Of a stretch of DNA of 64,000 nucleotides, positions 1-10,500 are shown in pieces. This DNA comes from Gammaproteobacteria bacterium (GTDB lineage Bacteria > Pseudomonadota > Gammaproteobacteria > CAJXQU01), in the NCBI GenBank assembly GCA_965238175.1, contig CBDEGZ010000003.1, forward strand, positions 608,001 through 672,000, in the 5' to 3' direction. A program made the position numbers and the translations under genes. The notes below the pieces were generated by a model. That model ran no database searches. It saw only the letters and a list, made by a program, of their open reading frames with translations, and was not told the origin of the DNA. Numbering within the stretch: the first letter of the stretch is position 1; each line of letters starts with the position of its first letter.

Positions 1-336
1 CAAAACACCGGCTGCTTCGGCTTGCTCTAACAAATAGGTGGAATAAATGTATTCCATGTCGAAAGGAGGATCTTTACGCATCAGGATAACGTCCAGATCT
101 TTCAACAATCGTGTTTGCTGCTCGCCCAGATTAAACCAACTTGCAGGATTATCTTTCACTGATAATTCTCGGCACTGGGCTTTTATTTCACCTTCGTCGA
201 GAAATAGATCGGATTGCTGCATATAGATGAGTTTCCAACCTCTTGCCTGAGCGGCAAGCAACATTGCAAAACTTGAATCCTTTTTGATCGTGATTTGATC
301 AATCGGATCCATAACAATTCCTAACGTGATAGACAT
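1..336 (-). CDS. gshB: Glutathione synthetase, N-terminal part (runs off the window)
   Basis: Manual minus-strand translation MSITLGIVMDPIDQITIKKDSSFAMLLAAQARGW...DVILMRKDPPFDMEYIYSTYLLE, the typical GshB N-terminus. Confidence 0.93.
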   Translation of the reverse strand, partial: MSITLGIVMDPIDQITIKKDSSFAMLLAAQARGWKLIYMQQSDLFLDEGEIKAQCRELSVKDNPASWFNLGEQQTRLLKDLDVILMRKDPPFDMEYIYSTYLLEQAEAAGVL

Positions 337-472
337 GTCTAACTGAGTCCAAAAGAGAAAACCCGATTTTACAGTAATCCGCCCAGCTGAAATACCTGAA
401 CTACCTAATTAAGACGAAATTATAATCAAAATTCAGTTGCGACCGGTCGCGGCAATTCGTAGCATGTCACCT

Positions 473-1399
473 ATGAAAACACTCAAAATTGTTACTCGCA
501 AAAGTCCGCTTGCTATGTGGCAAGCTGAACATGTCCAAGATTTACTCCTGAAAACCCACCATGATCTGAAAGTTGAATTGATCGGCATACAAACTCAAGG
601 GGACAAAATTCTCGACTCACCACTGGCAAAAATTGGGGGTAAAGGTTTATTCGTTAAAGAACTGGAAACTGCATTATTAGAAAAACGCGCCGATATTGCT
701 GTCCATTCAATGAAGGATGTCACCGTCGATATGCCGGAAGGTTTAGCCTTACCTGTGATTTTGGAACGAGAAGATCCGCGTGATGTTTTAATCTCTGCGA
801 CAGGCGAGAATCTGGACATTTCTGTTCTGCCAGAAAATGCACGGGTTGGAACTTCCAGCTTACGCCGACAATGTCAGATCAAAAACCTCAGACCTGACCT
901 AAATATTCTTGATCTACGCGGCAATGTAGGGACACGTCTCGGCAAACTCGAAAAGGGTGAATACGATGTGATTATTCTGGCCGCCGCTGGCATTATCCGT
1001 TTAGGTCTTGAAGAAAAAGTTAGCCACTTTATAGCAAGCGATGTTCTGCTGCCCGCTATTGGGCAGGGTGCTATCGGCATACAATCCCGTGATCAGGATA
1101 AAGAAACACTTTCTTTGATTAATCCACTAAATCATAATGATACACATACCCGCGTTCTTGCCGAACGTGCTGTCAATCGCCGACTTTTTGGTGGTTGCCA
1201 AGTACCTATTGCCGGTTTTTCTGAGTTAAATGGTGATCAAATTCAAATTCGTGCGCTGGTTGGAGAAGTGGATGGAACTGAGATTATTCGCAGTGAAATT
1301 AGCGGCCACCGTGACGATGCGGAAAAACTCGGCACGACATTAGCAGAAGAATTGTTGTCGCAAGGTGCGGGTGAAATTTTGGATAAATTGAGTCACTAA
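473..1399 (+). CDS. hemC: Hydroxymethylbilane synthase (porphobilinogen deaminase)
   Basis: [51 protein letters not shown] motifs. ATG at 473 preferred over the TTG at 437. Confidence 0.97.
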   Translation: MKTLKIVTRKSPLAMWQAEHVQDLLLKTHHDLKVELIGIQTQGDKILDSPLAKIGGKGLFVKELETALLEKRADIAVHSMKDVTVDMPEGLALPVILEREDPRDVLISATGENLDISVLPENARVGTSSLRRQCQIKNLRPDLNILDLRGNVGTRLGKLEKGEYDVIILAAAGIIRLGLEEKVSHFIASDVLLPAIGQGAIGIQSRDQDKETLSLINPLNHNDTHTRVLAERAVNRRLFGGCQVPIAGFSELNGDQIQIRALVGEVDGTEIIRSEISGHRDDAEKLGTTLAEELLSQGAGEILDKLSH

Positions 1400-1401
1400 T
1401 T

Positions 1402-2193
1402 TTGGATCAATCGCTTCAAGATCTTTGGGTGGTGGTTACCCGGCCAGCCGATCAAGCCGCTGGACTTTCTGCAGCGATTGAAAAAAGAGGCGGGCATACT
1501 ATCTCCTGGCCTGCGCTTTCAATTGAGCCGATCAAAATATCAAGCCAAACTCAGACAAATATTGCTGAAATAGAATTTTACGATCACATTGTTTTTATTA
1601 GTGTGAATGCTGTCAATTACGGATTTGATACGATAAAAAAATATCGACCAGATCTGAATCTGAACACCATAAATGATAAGAAAATTTTTGCTGTAGGTAA
1701 AACAACCGCTAGTGCATTACAGGCTGAAGGAATAGAGAATGTCCATATCCCCGCAATTGCGTCAAGTGAAGGCTTGTTACAGATGCCGATTTTTGGCCGA
1801 GATGCTATCTGTGGAAAACGGTGTTTAATCTTCAGAGGTATTGGTGGTAATGAAAAGTTGGCTGAAGGTTTATTAACGCGCGGCGCAATTGTGGATTATA
1901 CGGAGGTTTATCAGCGCAAATCGGCGTATTCTGATCCAACAATTCTTGAAACATATTGGAAACAAGAACAGCTGGACGTAATCATCATTACAAGTATTGC
2001 AGGGCTAGAGAATTTATTTGATACAATGGGAGTAGAAAATCGAGCACGGCTTTTCTCAACACCATTATTGACTGTCAGTAGTCGTGTAGCAGAATTTGCA
2101 CAGAGAATCGGCTTTACGCATCAGCTATTGATCGCAAACAGTGCGAGAGACAATGACATTATTGCTGCGTTAGAATTGTGGCAACAATCTTAA
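1402..2193 (+). CDS. hemD: Uroporphyrinogen-III synthase
   Basis: VVTRP, FISVNAV, AVGKTTA, SEGLL, EVYQR motifs; directly follows hemC. Confidence 0.93.
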   Translation: MDQSLQDLWVVVTRPADQAAGLSAAIEKRGGHTISWPALSIEPIKISSQTQTNIAEIEFYDHIVFISVNAVNYGFDTIKKYRPDLNLNTINDKKIFAVGKTTASALQAEGIENVHIPAIASSEGLLQMPIFGRDAICGKRCLIFRGIGGNEKLAEGLLTRGAIVDYTEVYQRKSAYSDPTILETYWKQEQLDVIIITSIAGLENLFDTMGVENRARLFSTPLLTVSSRVAEFAQRIGFTHQLLIANSARDNDIIAALELWQQS

Positions 2194-2217
2194 TAAATCC
2201 TTAGGGAGAATTGAATA

Positions 2218-3318
2218 ATGAGCGAGAACACCGCTAAAGACATCAGCGAAGATGTTGATTTTGATCAGGTTCAAGAAGTTGCCCAGCCTGAAAAAAAAGG
2301 CAACACCGGGCTGGTTGCCTTAATTGTATTACTCGTCCTCATCCTTGGTGGAGGCGCTGTTTATTGGCTTTATGATAAGCAACAAGCTATCCAGTTGCGT
2401 GCCGATGATCAGATCAAACAATACGATAGTAAAATGGAAGATCTGGCCTCGCAGGTTGAAAAAGGCTCTTCAAAAATTGAAGAAATTTCTTCTTCTCAGC
2501 AGAAGGCATCCACTGCAATTAATTCCAATATACAAGAATTGGTCGGCAAACAAACCGTGCTCGCCGAAACATTGGAAACTGTTCAGAATGCAAAACCCAA
2601 ACAAGAAACTGACTGGATTATTGCTGAAGTAGAGTATCTATTAACCGTTGCTCAGCAACGTCTTAGTTTAGAACGAGATGTTCCCACTGCACTCTCAGCA
2701 ATGCAGGGCGCTGATAATCGCTTGCGTGATTTAGGTAATCCAAATTTAAATGGCGTGCGTGAACAATTGATTAAGGAAATGAATGCGTTACGTGAAGTCG
2801 AAGATGCCGATATTAGTGGCATGGTTTTGTATCTTGCTGATGCAACTTCCCGCGTTGAATCTCTACCACTTAAGAACTTTGAAGTGCCAACAATGAACAA
2901 ATTGAAAATTCCAACAAAGGAAGAAGCCATTGCTGGGAACTGGAAAGATATGACACTTTCCATGTGGGGAGATCTGGTCAAACTGGTTGAAATTAAAGAT
3001 CAGCAAGTGCCCGATGAGATTCTTTTTGATCCTGAACTAAGATACTTTCTTCACCAAAATCTTCAACTAGAGCTAACCAGTGCGAAACTCTCAGTGTTAC
3101 GTAGAGACAGTGGCAGTATGCAAGCTTCGTTGACACGTGTTTCCGATATTCTGAAGCGTTATTTTGATGTTGAAGCCGCTCCTGTAAAAAGCCTGTTAGA
3201 ACAGGTAGGTAGTATGGGGAAAACCGATCTTAAACCAGCGATGCCGGAAGTAACGCAAGCATTAAATTTGCTTAAAGAATACAAAAAAGTAACCATCCAA
3301 GAGGAGCAATCTTCATGA
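2218..3318 (+). CDS. hemX: HemX family membrane-anchored coiled-coil protein
   Basis: N-terminal TM, coiled coil, DWIIAEVEYLL..A.QRL motif; hemCDXY order. Confidence 0.9.
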   Translation: MSENTAKDISEDVDFDQVQEVAQPEKKGNTGLVALIVLLVLILGGGAVYWLYDKQQAIQLRADDQIKQYDSKMEDLASQVEKGSSKIEEISSSQQKASTAINSNIQELVGKQTVLAETLETVQNAKPKQETDWIIAEVEYLLTVAQQRLSLERDVPTALSAMQGADNRLRDLGNPNLNGVREQLIKEMNALREVEDADISGMVLYLADATSRVESLPLKNFEVPTMNKLKIPTKEEAIAGNWKDMTLSMWGDLVKLVEIKDQQVPDEILFDPELRYFLHQNLQLELTSAKLSVLRRDSGSMQASLTRVSDILKRYFDVEAAPVKSLLEQVGSMGKTDLKPAMPEVTQALNLLKEYKKVTIQEEQSS

Positions 3319-4529
3319 AACTGCTCTTAATTACACTCGTCTTACTATTAGCTGCGATCTATGTTGGATCCGTTGCAATGGATGATCCTGGCTTTATTAT
3401 TATTGGTTATCATGGACAGGTATTACGAACTAGTTTTATCTTCTTTGCACTTTGTATTATTTTGGCTGGCGTCATTTTATACTATGCAGTTCGCTTCCTT
3501 GCTAACCTTTTGACAGCACCCAAAAAAGTCAGTGACTGGAACGCAGACCGCAAAGAATTAAAGGCCCAAAAATCGCTGTCTAAAGGGTTTGTAGCCTTGG
3601 CAGAAGGGAAGTGGGAAGTCGCTGAGCGTTCACTTTCTCATGATGCAGGAACCAGTGATCGGCTATCATATATTCATTATCTTGGTGCTGCTGAAGCTGC
3701 ACAAAATCTTGGACATATAGAAAAGCGTGACGATTATCTTCAACTCGCACATTCCGCTGCACCACAGGCCGATGTTGCAGTTGGAATAACAAGAGCTGAA
3801 CTACAAATGCAAGAGGGTCAAAGTGAAATGGCCCGGTTCACACTGGAAGAACTATTATCTTCTCATCAGAACCATCCGCGTATCTTAAAATTATTATCTG
3901 AAATCTATGTTGAAAACCGTGAATGGAGTGTTCTACAGCCATTGATGGCGCGCATCAGAAAAAATCGTGTATTGCCCTCAGCAGGTTTAGATGACTTAGA
4001 AAAACAAATTTGGACTGGGTTATTGGAAGAGTCCACTGCTGACATTTCAAAAATGAAGCAAACATGGTCAACTTTGCCGAAAAAATTGAAAGCTGATTTC
4101 GATCTATTATTTACTTATTTAGACAAACTAGCTAATTCTGATAGTAGTTCTGAAGCCGTGCCGATGATCGAAAGAGCTTTGAAAAATAATTGGGACGATC
4201 GCTTGGTTAATTTATACGGAATTGCGAATGGATCAAACCCAGCCAAACAACTGGAACAGGCTGAAAAATGGTTACTTGATCATCCTGAAAATCATCAACT
4301 ACTTTCAATATTAGGAAAAATCGCCAACAAAAACGAGTTGTGGGGGAAGGCCAAACACTATTTAGAAACGGCAATCGACTTTGGAGCTGGCCCAGAAATA
4401 TACCGACAACTTGCAGAAACGCTGGAAAAAATGGGTGAAACTGAAGAAGCGTCTAACTGTTGTAAAAAAGGGTTGTATTTAGCGACAGAACAATCGCAGG
4501 AAATTGCGATAGTTAAAGAAAATATTTAA
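3315..4529 (+). CDS. hemY: HemY (TPR-containing) protein
   Basis: Two N-terminal TMs, DPGFIII, ALAEGKWEVAE, TPR-like helices; overlaps the hemX stop. Confidence 0.9.
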   Translation: MKLLLITLVLLLAAIYVGSVAMDDPGFIIIGYHGQVLRTSFIFFALCIILAGVILYYAVRFLANLLTAPKKVSDWNADRKELKAQKSLSKGFVALAEGKWEVAERSLSHDAGTSDRLSYIHYLGAAEAAQNLGHIEKRDDYLQLAHSAAPQADVAVGITRAELQMQEGQSEMARFTLEELLSSHQNHPRILKLLSEIYVENREWSVLQPLMARIRKNRVLPSAGLDDLEKQIWTGLLEESTADISKMKQTWSTLPKKLKADFDLLFTYLDKLANSDSSSEAVPMIERALKNNWDDRLVNLYGIANGSNPAKQLEQAEKWLLDHPENHQLLSILGKIANKNELWGKAKHYLETAIDFGAGPEIYRQLAETLEKMGETEEASNCCKKGLYLATEQSQEIAIVKENI

Positions 4530-4548
4530 GCTGATTTAACTAAGTTTA

Positions 4549-4575
4549 AACTGCATATAAATTTTTTCATGCAGT
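4549..4575 (+). terminator. Hairpin after hemY
   Basis: actgcat...atgcagt inverted repeat; no strong U-tract. Confidence 0.3.
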
Positions 4576-4799
4576 CGTTACAGGGTTATATAGCCCGAGA
4601 GAGTCCCACGAAATAGTTAATAGAATCAGTAATTAAGGTATAATGACCTTTCCTGGTGTTAGTTGATCTGAGCAATCACTCAACATGCATAAAGTTCGAG
4701 GCCAAAGTTTTCATGATATGGTACTTTTAGTTCTTTACTCAAAACTCACACGAATGTTTTCTGAGAAAGAAAAATTATAGCTGAAACTATTGGTTTTAA

Positions 4800-4846
4800 T
4801 GGTGGCTCGGGGCAGAATCGAATTGCCGACACAAGGATTTTCAGTC
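4800..4846 (-). pseudogene. tRNA-Phe(GAA) 3' half, att-site remnant
   Basis: Reverse complement GACTGAAAATCCTTGTGTCGGCAATTCGATTCTGCCCCGAGCCACCA covers anticodon loop, T-arm and CCA; the 5' half (D-arm) is absent. Confidence 0.85.
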
Positions 4847-4962
4847 AAGCGAATAGAATTTCGCCTCTTTATATTCAATAACTTACCGGAGCGCCCGTTG
4901 CTCTATTTGCATGACAATGTACAACTGCGCAGGACCGAGTTACGCAAAACTCACGCAAGAAG
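4800..4962. repeat. ~160-bp imperfect direct repeat, copy 1 (tRNA-Phe fragment plus island-end sequence)
   Basis: Shares TGCCGACACAAGGATTTT, ATAGAATTTC, TATATTCAATAACTTACCG, CGCCCGTTGCTC, TTTGCATG, CACGCAAGAAG with copy 2. Confidence 0.85.
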
Positions 4963-5332
4963 CAATGGCTAAATGATCATAAATGGCTTGTTCATCAAAT
5001 ACTTTATACTTTTTATTGATGCACTCACTGCATTTAATAGTTGGTTTATTGCACAGTCCCTGACGCCATTCGTGATGGCATGCGACTGAATATCCGCTGC
5101 GTCCTTTTGCGTTTTGCCATTGCGTCGCATAGATATCGGTGCGACCCTGGAATCGGTCTTGGAATAATGCAACTTTTTGGTTTACGCTAAATAGATGAGT
5201 TTCAGAACTATTTACGTGCTGTTGATTTTCTAGTCTTTGTTTTCTCTGTTGCAACGCTTCCTTTTCTGCATCCAACAATTGGAGGCGAGAAGTGATTTGC
5301 CGAAGTTCATCATTGATGTTCTTTTCTTTCAT
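4940..5332 (-). pseudogene. N-terminal fragment of a TOTE-type primase/DEAD helicase protein, truncated at the repeat
   Basis: KVALFQDRFQGRTDIYA.QW...GRSGYSVAC.HEW..GLC.KP.IKC.EC...IYDHL motif; similarity stops at ~4963 where the repeat begins. Confidence 0.7.
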
Positions 5333-5558
5333 TTCAGAACTATTGGCTGTGAAAGCATTGCATAATCACCTCTAGGATAGTTCGCGGGAAATCCGATACC
5401 ACCTATCTCCATATTCACATCCTTATTCATAAATTGAGCCTCAACATCCTGAAACTTAATTGATCGTACATTTAGATTTCGATCTCTAATCATTTACTCC
5501 AAACAATATCCAATCGTCCCGTCTCGACATTGAGGATCATGGCTCCGCCAACAAAAGA

Positions 5559-6044
5559 TTATCCTCTTCTGGCTTTTTCCGAATCCTCATGCTCAAAAGC
5601 GAAAGCCATCCGTTCAATCTCTCGCGTGCTTAACCCTAGCTGCTTGGTTATCACTTTCTCTTCGGGTACAACTGCCGCCACTTCACTAACAATTTTCTGG
5701 GCTTGTTCTTTTGATAATCTAAATTCATCGATCACGGATAGCGCAATGTCAACAGAAGCTGTGCTATCTTCAAAGTCTATGGCCGTTGAGAGAATTCTTG
5801 GTTTTATATTGACAGGTGTTGGATTCAGATCGTAAGCAGGTGACAGCCACCATTCATGATGTTGCTCATAAACAAACCCGTGATTACGCAAATGGTCATC
5901 TGTATTTGAAATCAGAATACTGAAAGATAATACGTCGCCATAATTCTGCCATGTTCAAGTTCGGATCAGCACCATTTTGTACTAAGCCATAGGCAATGTC
6001 TAAATAGCTGTGTTGTTCGTTATTTTTTGCCCCCAGCATACTCG
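5559..6044 (-). pseudogene. hipA: HipA kinase toxin, C-terminal fragment, frameshifted
   Basis: SMLGAKNNEQHSYLDIA...ELWRRI, frameshift near 5925, then FSILISNTDDHLRNHGF...WLSPAYDLNPTP; no N-terminus. Confidence 0.8.
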
Positions 6045-6206
6045 TATCTTATCGATTGACTAAAATTGGACGGATTTTTAGTCCATACACAACTGTGGAC
6101 TTTGTTACGCAAGACTCACGCATCAAATTCTGATATTCAAGATATTTTGAATTCAGGTAACTTACATTAACCATGTTTGTTTTTTCTTGACTATTCACCT
6201 TCTCAT

Positions 6207-6231
6207 GATATACATTTAAACAATGTATATC
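6207..6231. promoter_or_regulatory. Palindromic operator of the vapBC promoter
   Basis: Perfect GATATACATT-N5-AATGTATATC, downstream of a TTGACT (-35-like, 6187) and just upstream of the antitoxin RBS. Confidence 0.7.
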
Positions 6232-6250
6232 TTTTCGAAAGGAGGCCATT

Positions 6251-6484
6251 ATGCAAGTTTCAAAATGGGGCAATAGTCTCGCGATCCGTATACCCATCGC
6301 CATTATTGAAGCCTTGAAGCTCCGCGAAGGCGACGATATTGAAGTTCTAATTGCGGATGACCGTGTATTCAAGGTGAAGAAAAAACTTGGTAAAGAGGAT
6401 TTGCTCGCGCAGTTACGTAAGTTTCGGGGGAAACTACCAGACGATTTTAAATTCGACCGTGATGAGGAAAATGGCCGAAACTAA
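6251..6484 (+). CDS. AbrB/MazE-family antitoxin (VapB)
   Basis: MQVSKWGNSLAIRIP...LKLREGDDIE; GGAGG RBS. Confidence 0.92.
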   Translation: MQVSKWGNSLAIRIPIAIIEALKLREGDDIEVLIADDRVFKVKKKLGKEDLLAQLRKFRGKLPDDFKFDRDEENGRN

Positions 6485-6881
6485 AGTATTTATCGATACA
6501 AACGTCTTACTCTATCTTCTCTCAAGCGATGAAGAAAAGGCGGGCCGCGCTGAAGCTATTCTACAGTCCGGTAGTTCTATCAGTGTCCAGGTCTTAAATG
6601 AAATAGTCAATGTCGCTCGTCGCAAGCTTGCCCTGCCTTGGGAAGAGATTGCCGAATTTTCTGATCTCATTCGGGCATTCTGTCCTGTTAAACCCTTAAC
6701 TACTGAGACACATGATAAAGGCCGTTATATCGCTGAGCGATACAAGCTTAATGTGTATGACGCAATGATTGTGGCTGCAGCATTGTTGGCAGACTGTAAA
6801 ATCCTGTATTCGGAAGATATGCAGGATAGCATATTAATAGATGATCAACTTCGGATCACCAACCCTTTTAACCTCAAATAA
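6471..6881 (+). CDS. PIN-domain toxin (VapC)
   Basis: FIDTNVLLY, SVQVLNE, YDAMIVAAAL, LYSEDMQ; ATG at 6471 overlaps the antitoxin. Confidence 0.92.
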   Translation: MAETKVFIDTNVLLYLLSSDEEKAGRAEAILQSGSSISVQVLNEIVNVARRKLALPWEEIAEFSDLIRAFCPVKPLTTETHDKGRYIAERYKLNVYDAMIVAAALLADCKILYSEDMQDSILIDDQLRITNPFNLK

Positions 6882-6950
6882 GACGTAGGGTAGACCTAAA
6901 GCACTGGAACTTGATAGGAAACCCTGGCAATGAACGTCATAGTCTTTCAT

Positions 6951-7110
6951 TAGTGGCTGGTCAGAATCTGACTGCCGACACAAGGATTTTTAAACGGATA
7001 GAATTTCACATCTATATATTCAATAACTTACCGAGACGCCCGTTGCTCGATTTGCATGGCAAAGCACGACTGTACAGTACTGAGTCACGCAAAATTCACG
7101 CAAGAAGACG
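6951..7110. repeat. ~160-bp imperfect direct repeat, copy 2 (more degenerate tRNA-Phe fragment plus island end)
   Basis: TAGTGGCTGGTCAGAATCTGACTGCCGACACAAGGATTTT...CACGCAAGAAG aligns with 4800-4962. Confidence 0.8.
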
Positions 7111-7576
7111 GTAGCAAAAGACAATACTACAACTATTCGCAGCGAGTCATTGAGCCTCTTTGCCCGGCTTTGGGGTAGTTAGATATCAATCCATCTCATT
7201 ATCAATCAGATCTTGTCTAGAAAAGTACTTCACCTACACTAACAAACTGCAAGTCATCTCCCATGTCTTATGTGACCCTATCACATTGTGCCTTATTTCT
7301 GTCACCTAAGGCTAAAGTTATTACCCCCCTGTTGCTACCCCGAAGACATCCTCAGCAGATAACAATAGTGCTTGGATGAACTAAAAATAATGGTGTTTGT
7401 GTACTTTAAAAAAACACATGAACTTAAAAAAAGTGGCACGAAACCTGAATAGTAAAACAAGAATAATTAAACATCGACACACGTTAAACCTAAAAAGCTG
7501 AACTAAATAATTTAAGACAACACCTGGGGGAGAGCCGTGTTTTGCGCATTCCCTGGGTCTGGATAGGAGAGCCGCA

Positions 7577-10500
7577 TTGAACATGCACCGCATATTTGCC
7601 ACCCCCAGAACGCTACTTCCAAGCATCCTTCTCCTGAGTTTTTTGAGCCTAACCAGTCAATCTACTATCGGTGCAAGTGTTAACTTTGAAGAAATGGTAA
7701 CAGGAGGTTCAAGCGGCTCCAGTAGAGTACAAACGTCCAGTAATGTTACTGCAGCGAGCGATCATTTGTATCTGGCCGCCATTACCAGCAAATCTTACAA
7801 AACAGTGACGTCAGTCACTGGTCTCGGACTTACCTGGTCGGAAGTACTCACACAATGTGGAGGCCGAAACCAGACAGGCGTGACGGTCTGGAAAGCACAA
7901 GGTACTCCAAGTGGCCCTGGCCCCGTGAGTGCAACATTATCGGGCTCGGCCAACAATGCGGCTATCGCCGTATCGCGCTATTCCGGTGTGGCGTTGAGCA
8001 ACCCGATAGGGAATACGGTTTCTGACAATAGCAACGGTATTGGAGGTGGTTGCTCTGGCGGTGTAGATACAGACGCCTATAGTTTTAGCTTAACCACGAC
8101 CGCAAGTGACTCGTTGGTTTATGGTGCGATCAGTATGCGCAATAAAACCCATACACCCGGCGCAGGTTATACAGAGCGCGTCGCCTTTGTTCAAGGCAGT
8201 GGTGGCGGTACAGCATCTGTTGCCGTGATGGAACGAGCGACTAATAGCCCATCATCGACAATCATTGATGGCGGATTCAGCAGTTCAGTGGACTATGGAG
8301 TCATCGGGATAGAGATAAAACCCGTAGGGAACAACAATACCGCACCAGACGTCACCAACCCAGGCAACCAGACAGGAACAGTCAATACAGCCATCACATC
8401 GTTACAAATTAATGCTACTGATAGCGACAACGGTGACATCCTGACGTTTAGTGACAATGGCAACAGCCTGCCTGCGGGCTTAAGTATTAGCAGTAGCGGT
8501 TTGATTACGGGAACACCGATCACGGTGAGTAATTACAACGTCACTATCAACATCAGTGATAATACCGATATCACCCCGACCAGTTTTGATTGGAACATCA
8601 GTCCGGCAACGAATAATAATAGTGCCCCCACGATAACTACGATTGGTGCACAGACTGCCACCAGTGGAACGAGCAAAACCATTAACGTAACGGCCACTGA
8701 CAGTGATAGCAGCGACACCTTAAGTTTTAGCTTAGGAAGCGGCCCAAGTTTTGTTAGCTTAACAGACAACGGTAATCGAACAGCTACCATCACGGTTGGT
8801 GCAGGTAGTACCGTAGGTAACCATAATATTACGGTCAATGTCAGTGATGGTAATAACGGCAATGACAGTGGAAGCTTTGTCTTAACTGTTTCCTCCACGG
8901 GCAGCAGTAGTTGTGGACCCCTAACCCAGGAAGCTGAAGCAGGAATCTTAAGTGGTGATTTTGAGATAAGTGACAACAGCTCTGCCAGTGGCGGACAGAT
9001 TGTGGAAGTCCCCGCCGACCCTTCCTACTATACTCAACAAGGAGTTACAGAACACTATGTAGAGCATTGCTTCAATGTCACCCAAGTAGGTACCTATCGA
9101 ATAGTCGGTACCGCGAAAGGATCCGGCAGCAATGACAACTCCTTCCGCGTTACCATGAATGACCAGCCGAGCGATGGCCATGCTTGGTCCTATACTCACA
9201 GTAATGGGTTTGTAACTGAAGAGATTAGTGGTGGTAATGGCAGTGGAGATGTAGAAGAGTTTTTCCTGAACACAGGGGACAACACCGTGCGATTTTATCT
9301 GCGTGAAGACGGCGCCCAGCTTGATAAAATCAGCCTCGTTTTACAGGGCAGTGGTAACACCGTGCCAAACGTGACCAACCCAGGTAACCAGACAGGTACC
9401 GTCAATACGGCCATCACACCATTACAGATTAATGCCACAGATGATGACGGTGACATTCTGACATTTAGCGAAAGTGGTAACAGCTTACCAGCGGGTCTAA
9501 GTATCAGTAGTAGCGGTCTGGTTATGGGAACACCGACAACAGCAAGTAACTACAACGTCACCATCAACGTCAGTGATAATGACAACACTACCCCAACCAG
9601 TTTTGATTGGAATATCAATCCTGCTGGTGGTGGCGGTAGCTGTGGCCCTCTGACCCAGGAAGCTGAAACCGGAACGTTAAGTGGTGCTTTTGGCCTAGTG
9701 GCAGACAGTGCCGCCAGTGGCGGACAATATGTCGAAGTGCCAGCTGACACTACCTCCACGGGTTCAGCACCATCGAGTAATTATGCCGAATATTGCTTTA
9801 ATGTCACCCAAGCCGGCACCTACCGAATTGAAGGCACCGCCCGCGCATCAAACAGCTCATACAACTCCTTCCGCGTGACCGTGAACGACAACCCAAGCAG
9901 TGGTCATGCCTGGGCCTTCAGCCACGGTAATGGCTTTGTGACCGAAGAAATAGCCGGTGGCAATGGCAGTGGCAGCCCCGAAGACTTCAGCCTAAACGCC
10001 GGCGACAACACCGTGCGCTTCTACCTACGCGAAGACGGTGCTCAACTGGACAAAGTCCGCCTTGTCCTACAAGGTGGCGGTAACACCGCCCCCAGTGTCA
10101 CCATCAGCAACCCCAACAACGGCACCAACGTCACCCAAGGCAGCAATATAACCTTAACCGCCACCGCCAATGACACCGAAGACGGCAGCCTAACCAACAC
10201 TATCAGCTGGAGCTCAAACCACGATGGCAGCTTAGGCACCGGTGGCAGCGTGAGCCTAAGTAATTTAAGTGCAAACACCCATACGATAACCGCCAGCGTC
10301 ACCGACAGTGGCGGATTGTCTGGAAACAGCACTATCAGTCTTACCGTCACCGTCACGACTACCGGTGGCAGTACCGTCACCGACATCATCGTCGACAACA
10401 GCGATAACAACACCCACACAACCGGCACCTGGTTAAACTCAAGCACAACACCAACACACGATGGAAGCAACTCTGTTTATAGCAATACCAATGGCAGCTT

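Noticed and set aside
4800-4875. Intact tRNA-Phe gene
   Set aside because: Only the anticodon loop to CCA is present; the sequence where the D-arm and 5' acceptor strand should be does not fit
4790-7114. ORFs 4790-4972 and 6911-7114 as a small protein family
   Set aside because: They are translations of the tRNA/att direct repeat, with TTG starts and no RBS
7271-7285. CRP site TGTGA-CCCTA-TCACA
   Set aside because: Spacer is 5 bp rather than the required 6
7434-7450. Sigma-54 promoter TGGCACGAAACCTGAA
   Set aside because: The -12 element reads GA instead of GC; too weak to call
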